64,000 nt of DNA, from the NCBI GenBank assembly GCA_041639695.1, contig JBEQBQ010000001.1, positions 31,634 through 95,633 of the forward strand. Direction: 5' to 3'. The stretch comes from Candidatus Nanohaloarchaea archaeon. GTDB lineage: Archaea; Nanohalarchaeota; Nanosalinia; Nanosalinales; Nanosalinaceae. The notes beneath the pieces were generated by a model. That model searched no databases. It saw only the letters and a program-made list of their open reading frames with translations, and was not told where the DNA came from. Both the position numbers and the translations under genes were made by a program. Below, piece after piece: positions 38,010-48,153 of this stretch (the first letter of the stretch is position 1; each line of letters starts with the position of its first letter).

Positions 38010-38462
38010 ATGACTCAGAACTGGGAGGAACACCTCGAAACTGTAAGCAGGATCGATACCGAAAGTGATGAATCAGAGACGTATCTCGATAAAGTTATGT
38101 ACGCCGTTGATACAGGAAAGGCGCAGGCTCATGAACAGCTTGAAATGTACGATACTGATGATATAGATCCTGAGGACGTAGATGAGATGGATCCCGAGGT
38201 GAGGGAAGAGTTCGTGATGAAGGCCTCCCCGAAAGCGGAAGAAGCAGCACAGTTCGACCAAGCATACAGTGTTATTGCTGATATACTTCTAGCAAACCTA
38301 GAGGAGCCTTACCTCGATACAACAGGTTATGCAGAAGATATGCAGGTAGCTGTAGAAGAATGGGGTCAAGAACCCCTCGAAAGATATAGTGATATGGAGG
38401 ACAGAGATGATATCATGGTCGAGATTATTGAGGAAGAACTTCCTGACCCGACCGAGCTATAG
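38010..38462 (+). CDS. Hypothetical acidic protein
   Basis: 150 aa with D/E-rich composition typical of this genome. Confidence 0.62.
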   Translation: MTQNWEEHLETVSRIDTESDESETYLDKVMYAVDTGKAQAHEQLEMYDTDDIDPEDVDEMDPEVREEFVMKASPKAEEAAQFDQAYSVIADILLANLEEPYLDTTGYAEDMQVAVEEWGQEPLERYSDMEDRDDIMVEIIEEELPDPTEL

Positions 38463-38509
38463 ACTTCGGTATGGTTTAAAAAACTCAACGTTGACAGTCA
38501 AGTATAGTT

Positions 38510-38599
38510 GCCCAGGTAGCTCAGTAGGTAGAGCGCTGCGCTGTTACCCCTTACGGGACAGACACGCAGTGGTCGCAGGTTCGAGCCCTGCCCTGGGCG
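38510..38599 (+). tRNA. tRNA-Asn(GTT) with 17-nt intron at 37/38 (38547-38563)
   Basis: Acceptor GCCCAGG/CCTGGGC, anticodon stem CTGCG/CGCAG, bulge-helix-bulge with central CTGT/ACAG helix. Confidence 0.93.
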
Positions 38600-38644
38600 C
38601 ATTCTACGTAAACTTCAAGTTCCAGCTTTCACAAATTCTTCGAG

Positions 38645-39319
38645 ATGGCCAATCCGTTCGCCGACATGATAAGACTGAATACTGCCGCATTAAACGTTGC
38701 AACCACGCAAATGAAGGATTTTAACGGGGATCCGGAGCTTCCTTTCGAAACCGATCTTGAAGGAATTTACTCACACAACCCGGACGCAGATAAACTAAGG
38801 ATTTACGCTCACGGTCTTCAGGAGAACTGTTTTGCCTGGGAAGACCATATCGGAAAAGCGTCTAATGATGTAAGTCACTGGGCTGTCAGCTTTGATTCTA
38901 ACCGGCCGTGGGAAATGGCGGAAACTTACAGCGACTTCGTTGAACAGGTCCAGGACTTTACGGGTATCGATGATTACGATGCTGTAGCTCACTCTCTAGG
39001 AGGCCTGGCGGTACACGAATACTTTGAAGATACGGATAACTTGCCTGAGAACGCGGTTCTTCTGGGCTCGCCGCTTGACGGTTCAAGACTCGGATTCGGT
39101 TTCCTGGATACTGACTCGGATTATCTCGACCGTTTTGACTCCGCTGTCCAAGATGTAGATGTCTATACGATGTGTGGAACTGATGATCCTAGTTACCGCA
39201 AGAATCCTGAGAGTCCTATGCTTGAAGGCGCTGAAAACATAGTTATTGACCAAAGCCACCACGGAATAAGAGATTCCGATGAAGCCGTGGACGTGGTGGA
39301 AAATGTTCTCAGTCCTTGA
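38645..39319 (+). CDS. Alpha/beta hydrolase (lipase/esterase-like)
   Basis: HGL oxyanion motif, AHSLGG nucleophile elbow, LGSP, C-terminal His. Confidence 0.85.
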   Translation: MANPFADMIRLNTAALNVATTQMKDFNGDPELPFETDLEGIYSHNPDADKLRIYAHGLQENCFAWEDHIGKASNDVSHWAVSFDSNRPWEMAETYSDFVEQVQDFTGIDDYDAVAHSLGGLAVHEYFEDTDNLPENAVLLGSPLDGSRLGFGFLDTDSDYLDRFDSAVQDVDVYTMCGTDDPSYRKNPESPMLEGAENIVIDQSHHGIRDSDEAVDVVENVLSP

Positions 39320-40454
39320 AATCTACGGTATTTTCGTAGTAAACCATGAAGGGAATGCTCAGTGCTGCAAGTGCAAACACCGAGTTGAAAGCTGTTTTTG
39401 GGTTAAAAAACAGTCCTGCCATGAATAAACCGGACGCAAGAACTTTACCTAAGGACGTAAATATTCTTTTAGCAGTGTAGAAACCGGTTTCGCCGTTTTT
39501 ACCTGCCTCATCTGCGAACTCGGAGAAAAGAGGTATGTGGTAGAGCTTGAAACCTATACCACCGACTATAGATACTAAATAGGCCTCAAAGGGTGTGCTG
39601 ACAAACACCCTTCCGATATAAGTTAATGCTGCAAGAGCTGAACCTGTAAGTATGACCTTTCTGCGGGAGTACTTTGAGGAGATATAGCCTGATAGGTAAG
39701 CCACCAGTATGAAGCCTACTGTATCTAGGGAACGTACCGCACCTGAGTTAAAGAATCCTCCTACCACGACAAAGGTGAACAACGAGAATACGGCTACTGA
39801 GGCAACAGCTTGGATCCCTCTGGAGATAAAAACAGGAAAGAACGGTCTGAACTCTTTCTTGAACGCGCTCTCAAGCTTCGGATCTGTTTCATGCTTCGAG
39901 CTGACAAAGTAAAGCGGTACTACTGAGGCCAGAACTGCTGCAAGTGAGACCGTGACCATGGCTTGGAAACCGTAAAGACCTGCCGCAGCACCTCCGACAA
40001 CCGGGCCAAGCAATCTTCCCAGGTTAGGTAAAGCCATCAGTTCGGCAGCCTTCTTCTCCCTCTCATCTTCATCGGTGTCCTCAGCAAATTCAAGGTTGAG
40101 ACTTTCCCTGTGAAGGCTTCTACCTACTGAAAAAAGTATTGCAAGAGCTAGAACGCTTAGTAGGTCGGCCTGTATGAAATATGCAAGTCCTATGCCTGGA
40201 AGCAGGAATATGTATGAGAGACCGAGTCCGGTGTAGAAACCTTCGCGTTCAAGCACCTTCATTACGGGTAGTGCGATCACTATACTCGTTAAACCTGCTG
40301 CAAGCAAGAAGAGGCCGGAGAGCAAAAGGTTGCCAGTCTGCTCGTAGATTAATATAGGTATAAAGATTCCCAGCATGCTCAGAGCGAAGTTCTTGAAACC
40401 TTCGTACATAAGCAAGCCTCTGAAATCGTTTTCGCCCGAGCCTTCTGCCATCAA
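39309..40454 (-). CDS. MFS transporter
   Basis: About 12 TM segments, LLGPVVGG, GYISSKYSRRKV. Confidence 0.85.
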   Translation of the reverse strand: MMAEGSGENDFRGLLMYEGFKNFALSMLGIFIPILIYEQTGNLLLSGLFLLAAGLTSIVIALPVMKVLEREGFYTGLGLSYIFLLPGIGLAYFIQADLLSVLALAILFSVGRSLHRESLNLEFAEDTDEDEREKKAAELMALPNLGRLLGPVVGGAAAGLYGFQAMVTVSLAAVLASVVPLYFVSSKHETDPKLESAFKKEFRPFFPVFISRGIQAVASVAVFSLFTFVVVGGFFNSGAVRSLDTVGFILVAYLSGYISSKYSRRKVILTGSALAALTYIGRVFVSTPFEAYLVSIVGGIGFKLYHIPLFSEFADEAGKNGETGFYTAKRIFTSLGKVLASGLFMAGLFFNPKTAFNSVFALAALSIPFMVYYENTVDFKD

Positions 40455-40536
40455 CCAAAAGTTTGACCTGGCGGCTTAAAACCGCTTCGAAAGACCGGTC
40501 GGTGGCTATATCAGCGCCCACGCATAACTATAACCT

Positions 40537-41313
40537 ATGAACATTCTGGTAGCCGGCAAAGGCTTCATAGGACAGAAAATAGGGGAAAAACTCAAGGAAG
40601 AACACGAAGTAAAGTACTTGGATCGTTCAGACGCCGACTTTGAACACGATGTGACAGAGGAGTTTGATATAGAGGAAGAGTTTGACGTTGTCTATCACAC
40701 AATCGGTTTGGCGCCGGGTTTCTTCGAAAAAGAACAGTACAGACAGGTACACGTCGAAGGAACACGAAACATCGTAGATGCTGTTGAAGCCGATAAAATA
40801 ATTTACATCAGTGCGTTGAACGCTGGAGAGGTCGAACACAGCTTCATGCAGACCAAGAAACAGGCCGAAGAAATAATTGAAGACTCGGAGATGAACTACA
40901 CTATTGTCAGACCTTCCACGGTTTACGGTAAAGGAAACAAGCTTCTGGATATGATGAGGAAGACTGCGCCGACAAGATTATTCCCGGACATTAAAACAGA
41001 GACTCAGCCTATACTGCGCGAAGATCTCATAGACCTGTTCGTGGAAGTAGCTGAAGGACACGAAAATGACGTGATCAACGCTGCGGGACCGGAGAAGATC
41101 TCGGTCGGAAGGATGGCTGGAAAGATTTATGCGGAAGAAGGCTATAACTGTATTCTTGTTCCTTATCCACAGTTCCTCCTGGAATGGAAACTCGTTGGCC
41201 TAAGTTTTCTGCCGCCGCCTTTCCAGAAAGAAAACGTTCAGCTGTTAAGGGCTGGCAATACCACTGAAAGAAACGATGCGGAAGAGATAATTGAGTTGAA
41301 TCAAATCTTCTGA
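40537..41313 (+). CDS. NAD-dependent epimerase/dehydratase family (SDR) protein
   Basis: ILVAGKGFIG, VHVEGTRNIV, TKKQAE, RPSTVYG. Confidence 0.85.
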   Translation: MNILVAGKGFIGQKIGEKLKEEHEVKYLDRSDADFEHDVTEEFDIEEEFDVVYHTIGLAPGFFEKEQYRQVHVEGTRNIVDAVEADKIIYISALNAGEVEHSFMQTKKQAEEIIEDSEMNYTIVRPSTVYGKGNKLLDMMRKTAPTRLFPDIKTETQPILREDLIDLFVEVAEGHENDVINAAGPEKISVGRMAGKIYAEEGYNCILVPYPQFLLEWKLVGLSFLPPPFQKENVQLLRAGNTTERNDAEEIIELNQIF

Positions 41314-41435
41314 GATATCGACTCATTAATCAAATTCGTTGTTTTACGTTCTCTCCACTTAAGTTAAGTTTTCGCTTTTAGAGGTCAGAGGGTGCGGCTG
41401 GCACCTTTATAATCCGTTAATCCCCATTTAGAATC

Positions 41436-43796
41436 GTGCTTAATCGTAATAAGGGCAAGGGCGTTTCTCCTTTAGTTGCCGCTGTTTTGTTGATTGCTTT
41501 TGTTATGGCTGTCGCGGGCTTGACCGGACCGTTTTTCACTGATGTTTTAGAGAGCAGTCAGAAAGGTGTTTCTGATAACTCTCAAAGTGTTTTGAGTGCC
41601 TCTAAGTCCAGTATCGAAGTTGAAAAAGCTGTTTTGGATGCAGGTAATGTTTCCGGTTACTTTCAGAACACTGGCCAGACCACTTTGGAAAATTTTACTG
41701 TAACTGTTTTCGGAGACAATCCGCGACAAGTCCGTGTTTTTGAGAGTTTGAATCCTGAGGAGTTGACGACTTTTGAGGTTGACGATGTTTCCGACCCTGA
41801 GAGAGTTGTTGTTAGGTCGGAGAATTTGCCTGTAAAAGATCAGAAGGACGTTATTTTAGATGGGGGGTATGGAGATGCGATAATCACTCCGGTCTCATAC
41901 TTTAACGGATTCGACCAGTTTAGAAGCGATGCAAGAGAGTATGGTACGTCAGAGACTGTTGAAATAAGGCAAGAATGGGGTATTGACTGGAGTTTGGATA
42001 TGCCTTTAGACTGGAAGTCTGGTCCAAGTTTGGTAAATGGAACTGTTTATGTGGGCGATAGCGATGGCGTTTTTCATTCTGTTAATGCGTCAACAGGCGA
42101 AGAACTATGGAACTATTCTACAGGCTTTGTTATTGACAGTATGCCTGCTGTAGGCGACAATAAGGTTTATTTTACGAATCATAATGGCGCTCTATTTAGC
42201 CTGAATACTGATAATGGTCAGAAAGCTTGGAGTAGAGAGTATAATATTCCGGATTATTCTTCAGTATACCTGACAGATGATTATCTGTATGCCCATGGAA
42301 ATGATTATCTTATCTCAATCTATCCTGGAAATGGGTCTTACAGATGGTTTAAGAGTGTTCCAACAAACTCTTACTCGTCCCCGGTGGCGCATGAGGGAGT
42401 CGTATACAGTGCTGCAAACGGCAATATAAGAGCTTTTGATACAAATGGCACCCTGCTTTGGGACACCTCGATATCCCAAGATGTTTATGCGACCCCGGTC
42501 ATAAAAAAAGGCAATCTCTACGTTACTGGCGGTAGCAGCGGCATATTTTCTTTGGATACGGATACAGGAAATAAGAATTGGCACAAGACGTATGGGGGTG
42601 GAGGCTCATATGCCAGTCCGGTTTATCACGAGGGCAAAATTTACTCAAATATCTATAATGTGGGAATGGTTGCTGTTAATGCCTCTAACGGCAATCTGAT
42701 CTGGGATACTAGCTATAGTACAAGTGCATCAACGCCTGTGATAGTAAATGAAACAGTTTATGCCGGAGCATATAGTACTGTTTTATTTGGACTGGACGAT
42801 GATACCGGAAACAAGCTATGGACTTTTAACGAGGGTGCCGGGACAGCTTCGACGCCCGCTGTAAGCAAAAGCGGAAAGATTTATCTACTTACTTATAATG
42901 GAAAATTACGTAGTATCAAGCCTGAAAGAGATTACGTCTATAACGGCGAGCCTTTCATTATGAACGTTAATACAAGTGTTTATGGCGATACGGGTAAGGA
43001 TAGGTTCCGACTAAAAATAGGGGATGAGACATACCTATACGATTACAACATCTCGGTGAACGGTTCAACGACGAATAGTAGTACGGACTTAAGCAATCTA
43101 AAGAGTGATGCCTTAATCGAATGGAGCGATCCGGGAGTATATCAGATTAATGTTACTGGCAAGATGCCGCATATAGGATACTGGTCTGATACCGACAGCC
43201 CTAAAATCACGGAAGTCAGTCGATGGGGTGATATAAAATGGAAGAAAATGGATAATATGTTCCGACAGGCCGAGAACATGCGTATGACTGCTTCGGATCG
43301 TCCTAACCTAACACGTGTGAAAAGTATGCGGTTCATGTTCTCCGGTGCTTCTAGTTTCAACGCCAGTATTGGTTCTTGGGATGTTTCAAGTATCACAGAT
43401 ATGAAAGGTATGTTTGATGGTGCTTCTAGTTTCAACGCCAGTATTGGTTCTTGGGATGTTTCAAGTGTGAAAAACATGGCCATAATGTTTGGAGATGCTT
43501 CTAGTTTCAATCAGGATATCGGATCTTGGGATACGTCCAGTGTAACAAACATGGCTACCATGTTCGATGGTGCTTCTAGTTTCAACGCCAGTATTGGTTC
43601 TTGGAACACTTCGAGCGTTACAGACATGACCTCTATGTTCCATGGTACTTCCAGTTTCGGTCAGAACATCAGTAATTGGTGTGTAAGTCAAATTGGTAGT
43701 GAGCCGGTTGACTTCGATCTAAATGCTGGTTTTGAGGGAATAAATAGTAAGCAGCCGGACTGGGGAACTCTTAATGGGTGTTCTGCTAGCTCTTAA
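41436..43796 (+). CDS. Pilin-N-terminal surface protein with PQQ-like beta-propeller and DUF285/BspA-like repeats
   Basis: [16 protein letters not shown] leader; repeated TG..lW / SSPV propeller blades; [18 protein letters not shown] repeats. Confidence 0.85.
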   Translation: MLNRNKGKGVSPLVAAVLLIAFVMAVAGLTGPFFTDVLESSQKGVSDNSQSVLSASKSSIEVEKAVLDAGNVSGYFQNTGQTTLENFTVTVFGDNPRQVRVFESLNPEELTTFEVDDVSDPERVVVRSENLPVKDQKDVILDGGYGDAIITPVSYFNGFDQFRSDAREYGTSETVEIRQEWGIDWSLDMPLDWKSGPSLVNGTVYVGDSDGVFHSVNASTGEELWNYSTGFVIDSMPAVGDNKVYFTNHNGALFSLNTDNGQKAWSREYNIPDYSSVYLTDDYLYAHGNDYLISIYPGNGSYRWFKSVPTNSYSSPVAHEGVVYSAANGNIRAFDTNGTLLWDTSISQDVYATPVIKKGNLYVTGGSSGIFSLDTDTGNKNWHKTYGGGGSYASPVYHEGKIYSNIYNVGMVAVNASNGNLIWDTSYSTSASTPVIVNETVYAGAYSTVLFGLDDDTGNKLWTFNEGAGTASTPAVSKSGKIYLLTYNGKLRSIKPERDYVYNGEPFIMNVNTSVYGDTGKDRFRLKIGDETYLYDYNISVNGSTTNSSTDLSNLKSDALIEWSDPGVYQINVTGKMPHIGYWSDTDSPKITEVSRWGDIKWKKMDNMFRQAENMRMTASDRPNLTRVKSMRFMFSGASSFNASIGSWDVSSITDMKGMFDGASSFNASIGSWDVSSVKNMAIMFGDASSFNQDIGSWDTSSVTNMATMFDGASSFNASIGSWNTSSVTDMTSMFHGTSSFGQNISNWCVSQIGSEPVDFDLNAGFEGINSKQPDWGTLNGCSASS
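43335..43690 (+). repeat. 75-bp coding tandem repeat, about 5 units (25-aa DUF285-type)
   Basis: ATGTT units at 43335, 43410, 43485, 43560 and 43635 share variants of GGTGCTTCTAGTTTCAACGCCAGTATTGGTTCTTGG. Confidence 0.9.
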
Positions 43797-43962
43797 TAGT
43801 GAGGGATCAGATGATGTATCTGACAATATGCTGTTCCAGTGACTTTTTATCAGCCCGCAGCTAGCTGCGATTAATTTATTTGACGTAATAAAACTGATAG
43901 TAATAATATAGAGGAGATAATAGAGCTAAGTGAAGTGTTTTAGAGCTCCCAGACTGCCATCT

Positions 43963-44438
43963 TCAGGCTGTTCTCATCTCTCCTGAACTTTTTCGGGGCT
44001 GGAAGGTTTGAGTCCCAGATAGGTCTACTATGCCGTGGCCGCTCAGCTTGATTCTAGGTGAAGCCTCCGGCAGTCCTTCCTTATAGTGGTGGATGTCCTG
44101 TGTTGAGACGGTGTAGTCGACCGTTCTCTCCTCGTTCATGAACTTGAGTTTGTGTGTGGCCCAGTCGGAATCGCCTTTGGTTACAGGGCTTCTGATATTT
44201 GTGGCGACGTATTCATCGTCTAAAAGGTTGGAAAAGCCTTCTTCCAAGCCCCTAACTATGTCAACGGTCTCTGGCTGAAGTTCGGCATTCTCAACGAGTG
44301 GATCTCTGTAGCCTCCGCTTTCCGGTTCGTACCGGCGGTTGCCACTATTGCCTTTTACTCCCCAGCTACCTCTGTTCAGAGCGAGTTCGTATAGATCTTC
44401 TCCTGAAAGAATATTTCCGGGTAGTTCTCCTCTCCCAT
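43963..44438 (-). pseudogene. Hypothetical protein, probably frameshifted near the 5' end
   Basis: The 44247 ORF frame stays open upstream (EDLYELALNRGSWG...) without a canonical start; ATG 44438 (MGEENYPEI) is in another frame and stops after 20 codons. Confidence 0.45.
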
Positions 44439-44541
44439 AACCAATTTAGAGGTCAAACTTTAACGGGCCTTCACCTTCTACCGGAACTTCCGGCACTCTA
44501 CGCCCCGGTTACGTTACTTAACCTTTTCGCACAACCAAAGA

Positions 44542-45132
44542 GTGATGGAAAAAACTTTGATCGAATCCGGCCCCGAGATAGTTGAGGGAGTCAACCTTGT
44601 ATCGGGAGAACCCGACTTCCAGTCATTACTAGGCAAGAAACTGGAGGGAAAAGCTGTCTGGATAGATTCGGGTAACCAAGCGTCCACTTACAGGTTGGCG
44701 GCGGCCGGAGGAGAAAAAATACTAGAACAAGTCTATATCGGTAGGGCTTTTACTTCTTTACAGCACTACTGGCTGTGTCAGCGCCTCGAAGAGTTTGTTA
44801 CAGAAGAAACAGAGATACTAGTTCTTCCATCGTTCAACCTTCTGTACGAAGAGTCCCAGATCTCTGCCGAGGAGTCCGAAGACCTGTTCAGACAGTCCTT
44901 AGAACAAGTCAAAAAGGTAAGAGAAGAATACGGGCTGAAAGTTCTTGTTTCTCTCGTGGATGGTTCTCTGAAGTTCATGATTGAGTATGACAACAGGATA
45001 GAGATGGAAAAAACTTCGGAAGGAAGAAAGACCTGCGAGCAACACTTCTACAGGAAAGGCATGCAGCTTCAGACCACGATCCCTTACTGGCAAACCACGA
45101 AAACCGAGGAAATCAAGATCGAAGCTGTCTAG
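44542..45132 (+). CDS. Inactivated RecA/RadA-like protein of the PolB2 operon
   Basis: AVWIDSGN, VYIGRAFTSLQH; no Walker A; operon context. Confidence 0.75.
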   Translation: MMEKTLIESGPEIVEGVNLVSGEPDFQSLLGKKLEGKAVWIDSGNQASTYRLAAAGGEKILEQVYIGRAFTSLQHYWLCQRLEEFVTEETEILVLPSFNLLYEESQISAEESEDLFRQSLEQVKKVREEYGLKVLVSLVDGSLKFMIEYDNRIEMEKTSEGRKTCEQHFYRKGMQLQTTIPYWQTTKTEEIKIEAV

Positions 45133-45133
45133 A

Positions 45134-45385
45134 ATGGGAAGAACTAACTCAACATACCGGAACCATTTGGACAACTTAATAGACCGGTTTAAACCTTTTA
45201 GAAATGCTTTGAGGAAAGAGAACAGAAGACATCTCGATAGGCTATGGGAGCACGTCCACCAGTACGCTTCGGCAGGAGACTACATGAATGCCTCAAACCC
45301 TGTCTTCCCGGCTTTAATCTCGATAATGATAGGTCAGCAGAAGAAAATCTCCGAACTTGAAGAAAGAGTAGAAGCCTTAGAATAA
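45134..45385 (+). CDS. PolB2-associated small protein (arCOG07300-like)
   Basis: MGRTNSTYR...FRNALRKENR..LDRLW; directly upstream of PolB2. Confidence 0.78.
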   Translation: MGRTNSTYRNHLDNLIDRFKPFRNALRKENRRHLDRLWEHVHQYASAGDYMNASNPVFPALISIMIGQQKKISELEERVEALE

Positions 45386-47437
45386 ATGGTTTTCAAAATC
45401 GATCTCCGTTCCGGGAAAGCCATAGAATGGAGGAAGAAAAATGGCAGAGCTGTCAAGAAAGAATTTATTGAATACAGGCCGCGCTTCTATGTAAAAGGTT
45501 CGAAAAAAGATCTTCTGAAACTTAGAAAAGATGTTGCGGCCCGGGAAGGCGTGAAAACCACTTGTTTTGAGCTCTGGAAACCGGATCCATCCTTTTACAG
45601 CAAAAAAGAAGTTTTGAGAATCGACTGTTCCTCGGATAAATCGCTGAAAACTACCGCATACCATATAGCTAGGAGTTATAGCAGAGGACGTTTCCGCCTG
45701 TACAACGTAGGTCTTTCACCCCAGTTCCGTTACTGTCTGCAGAAAGGTATAGAGCCGGTGCCGGAAGAAAACCTAGAGGTTATGGAGCTCGGTCTTCCAA
45801 GAAAGAACTTGGCGAACAAGGATCTCTCAAAGCTCAAGGTCAACGGAAGTGAGGCCACTCTAACCGAGCTGGAGAACAGGATGAACTCCCGGGATCCGGA
45901 TATACTGCTTGTTGATAGAGCGAACCTGCTGGAGCTCCTGCAGAAACAAATTGATCTGGGTCGTTCGAACGGCTTTGAAAGACTGGCGGGTGAGAACACT
46001 GTGAACTCGTATGGCAAAACCGTTCATTCGAACGCGCGTTACAACGTGCCGGGTAGGGCTGTAGTCGACAAGTCAAACTCATTCCTCTACGGAGAAGCCA
46101 CCCTGGAAGGCCTCTGGGACTTGGTGTCCAGAAGCTACCGTCCGATTCAGGAACTTGCATGGGGAAGCATCGGAAGAATCCTCACAAGCATCGAAACACG
46201 GAAAGCCTACCTCGAAAAAGACATTCTGAAGCCATGGAAAAAATGGAGCGGTGAAAAACCGAAGAAAGCCTCAAAGCTGCATAAAGCAGATAGAGGCGGC
46301 TTCATCTTCAACCCGGAACCTTCGATACACAGAAATGTCTACGAGGCCGACTTCGCCTCCCTCTTTCCCAACATAATGATAGAGAAGAATATCAGTCCGG
46401 AAACCGTTTGCTGCGACTGCTGCAACAACTCCAAGGTACCGGAACTAGATTTCTCAATATGCGAAAAACGTGAAGGCTTCATACCCGAAGTTCTAGAGCC
46501 TTTAGTCAAAGACAGACAGAGAATGAAAGAGATAGTTGGGAGTTTGGAAGGTGAAAAAAGGCGTGAAGTACAGGGGTCTATAGACGCCATAAAATGGCTT
46601 TTAGTATCGTGTTTCGGCTACATGGGCCACAAACATGCGTCCTTCGGTGCAATAAGATGTCACCAAGCTATACAGGCGTTTGACAGACGAATAATGCTTC
46701 GAACCAAGAATATTTTCGAAGAAAACGGTTACTCGGTAGCTCACGGAATAATAGACAGCATATGGGTTCAAGAAAAAGAGAAACTGATCGGTTTCGATAG
46801 TCTCTGTAAGGAGATCTCTGATGAAATCGGTATACTGTTGGAGCCTGAACATAAGTTCGAGTGGTGTGCTTTCGTGCCAAGAAGCTCCTCCGAAGCCAAT
46901 ATAGCCACTTTAAACCGGTACTTCGGAAAAAAGGAAGGCGGGGGCTTCAAGACTGCGGGTATAGAGATGGAGCAGAGATCTACATCGGAGTTCATCAAAC
47001 ATTCTCAAAAATCCATGATAGAGGCTTTAGATCAGGAAATGGAAGCTTCTGACGTACTTAATATAGTTGAAAACAAGGCTGAACAGCTTGAAAACTATGG
47101 TGTTGATCCTGGAGATCTGGTTAAACGGAGGAAGGTGTCCAAAAAGATCGAATCCTACAGCGTTGAAAACCGGTCTGTCGCCGCCATGAAGAGAGCCAGA
47201 AAACATGGGATCGAGATAAAACCTGGTCAAGATGTCAGCTACGTTGTCAGAGACGACAGAGCCAACTCTATGGATCGTGTAAGACTAAGTTTTGAACTTG
47301 ATTCTTACGACCCACGTTACTACAAGCAGGAGCTTTTCAGGGCAGCTGAATCAATATTATCGCCGCTTGGCTGGGAAAAAGAAGAGATTGAAAGAGAGGT
47401 AGACGGCTCGAAGCAACAAACACTTCGAAACCTTTAG
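45386..47437 (+). CDS. polB2: Family B DNA polymerase, PolB2 group (degenerate catalytic and exonuclease motifs)
   Basis: DFASLFPNIM, NISPET, KWLLVSCFGYMG, HGIIDS in place of YGDTDS. Confidence 0.9.
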   Translation: MVFKIDLRSGKAIEWRKKNGRAVKKEFIEYRPRFYVKGSKKDLLKLRKDVAAREGVKTTCFELWKPDPSFYSKKEVLRIDCSSDKSLKTTAYHIARSYSRGRFRLYNVGLSPQFRYCLQKGIEPVPEENLEVMELGLPRKNLANKDLSKLKVNGSEATLTELENRMNSRDPDILLVDRANLLELLQKQIDLGRSNGFERLAGENTVNSYGKTVHSNARYNVPGRAVVDKSNSFLYGEATLEGLWDLVSRSYRPIQELAWGSIGRILTSIETRKAYLEKDILKPWKKWSGEKPKKASKLHKADRGGFIFNPEPSIHRNVYEADFASLFPNIMIEKNISPETVCCDCCNNSKVPELDFSICEKREGFIPEVLEPLVKDRQRMKEIVGSLEGEKRREVQGSIDAIKWLLVSCFGYMGHKHASFGAIRCHQAIQAFDRRIMLRTKNIFEENGYSVAHGIIDSIWVQEKEKLIGFDSLCKEISDEIGILLEPEHKFEWCAFVPRSSSEANIATLNRYFGKKEGGGFKTAGIEMEQRSTSEFIKHSQKSMIEALDQEMEASDVLNIVENKAEQLENYGVDPGDLVKRRKVSKKIESYSVENRSVAAMKRARKHGIEIKPGQDVSYVVRDDRANSMDRVRLSFELDSYDPRYYKQELFRAAESILSPLGWEKEEIEREVDGSKQQTLRNL

Positions 47438-48057
47438 AAATCAAAACTTCCTTCTGAAACAGTTTCGTCCAGCGGTTTTCTACCCGATACCTGTTCTCTT
47501 TCCTGCATTTCTTCGTTAAGCTCCTCTTTCGGCGCTCTTTTACCTATTGCGGCCATAGCCTCTATCTCAAATTCTTCAGGAACTCCAAGTTTTTCGCGGG
47601 CTTTTTCATAGTCGAATCCCTGCATTCCGTGTACAACCAGCTCTCTTCTTGCTCCTTCTAACGCTAGGTTTTCCCATCCTGCACCGGTATCAAAGCTGTG
47701 GGTCCTTGAATTTTCGCCGTTGTGGTCGAAAGTGGTCTTAGAGGCTATCACAACTAATACGGAACCTTTTTCCGCCCACTCTCTGTTGAAATCGCTTAGA
47801 AGGTCTAGGAAGTTCTCCCAGTCTTCTGTACCTCTTTTTGCGTAGATGAAGCGCCAGGACTGGTTGTTGTAGCTGGAGGGCGCCCAACGAGCTGCTTCAA
47901 ACAAGGGCATGAAGTCTTCTTCGTCCAGTTCTGCCGGTTTTATGGCTCTTGGCGACCAGCGCGCCGGAAAGATGGGGTCGATATCGTAGTCAGGTTCTCT
48001 TTCTTCCAGAGCTTCCTCTGTAAGGTTCTCAGAGTCTTCTGTTTGGTAAGGTTTCAT
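47434..48057 (-). CDS. Nitroreductase family protein
   Basis: RWSPRA, EAARWAPSSYNNQSWRF, FDTGA, HGMQGFD. Confidence 0.92.
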   Translation of the reverse strand: MKPYQTEDSENLTEEALEEREPDYDIDPIFPARWSPRAIKPAELDEEDFMPLFEAARWAPSSYNNQSWRFIYAKRGTEDWENFLDLLSDFNREWAEKGSVLVVIASKTTFDHNGENSRTHSFDTGAGWENLALEGARRELVVHGMQGFDYEKAREKLGVPEEFEIEAMAAIGKRAPKEELNEEMQEREQVSGRKPLDETVSEGSFDF

Positions 48058-48153
48058 AATGTTACCCGGATTTTGGCTGGAGTGTTAAAAGCGGCAAGGT
48101 TTCCTCAACATAACCGTACAACTCGTTATAAACAAGCGCGAGAAACATACTGT

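Noticed and set aside
37823-38068. 81-aa ORF after aspS
   Set aside because: Atypical composition; spans a terminator/promoter-like T-rich region and overlaps the next gene
38389-38724. 111-aa ORF
   Set aside because: Spans tRNA-Asn and overlaps two better-supported genes
43335-43690. Regular DNA repeats as a possible CRISPR array
   Set aside because: 75-bp in-frame coding repeats with no unique spacers and no cas genes
44298-44585. 95-aa plus-strand ORF
   Set aside because: Non-acidic composition; crosses a divergent promoter region and the antisense gene
45386-47437. Casposon or viral protein-primed PolB
   Set aside because: Motifs and neighbours match cellular PolB2; no Cas1 or terminal inverted repeats
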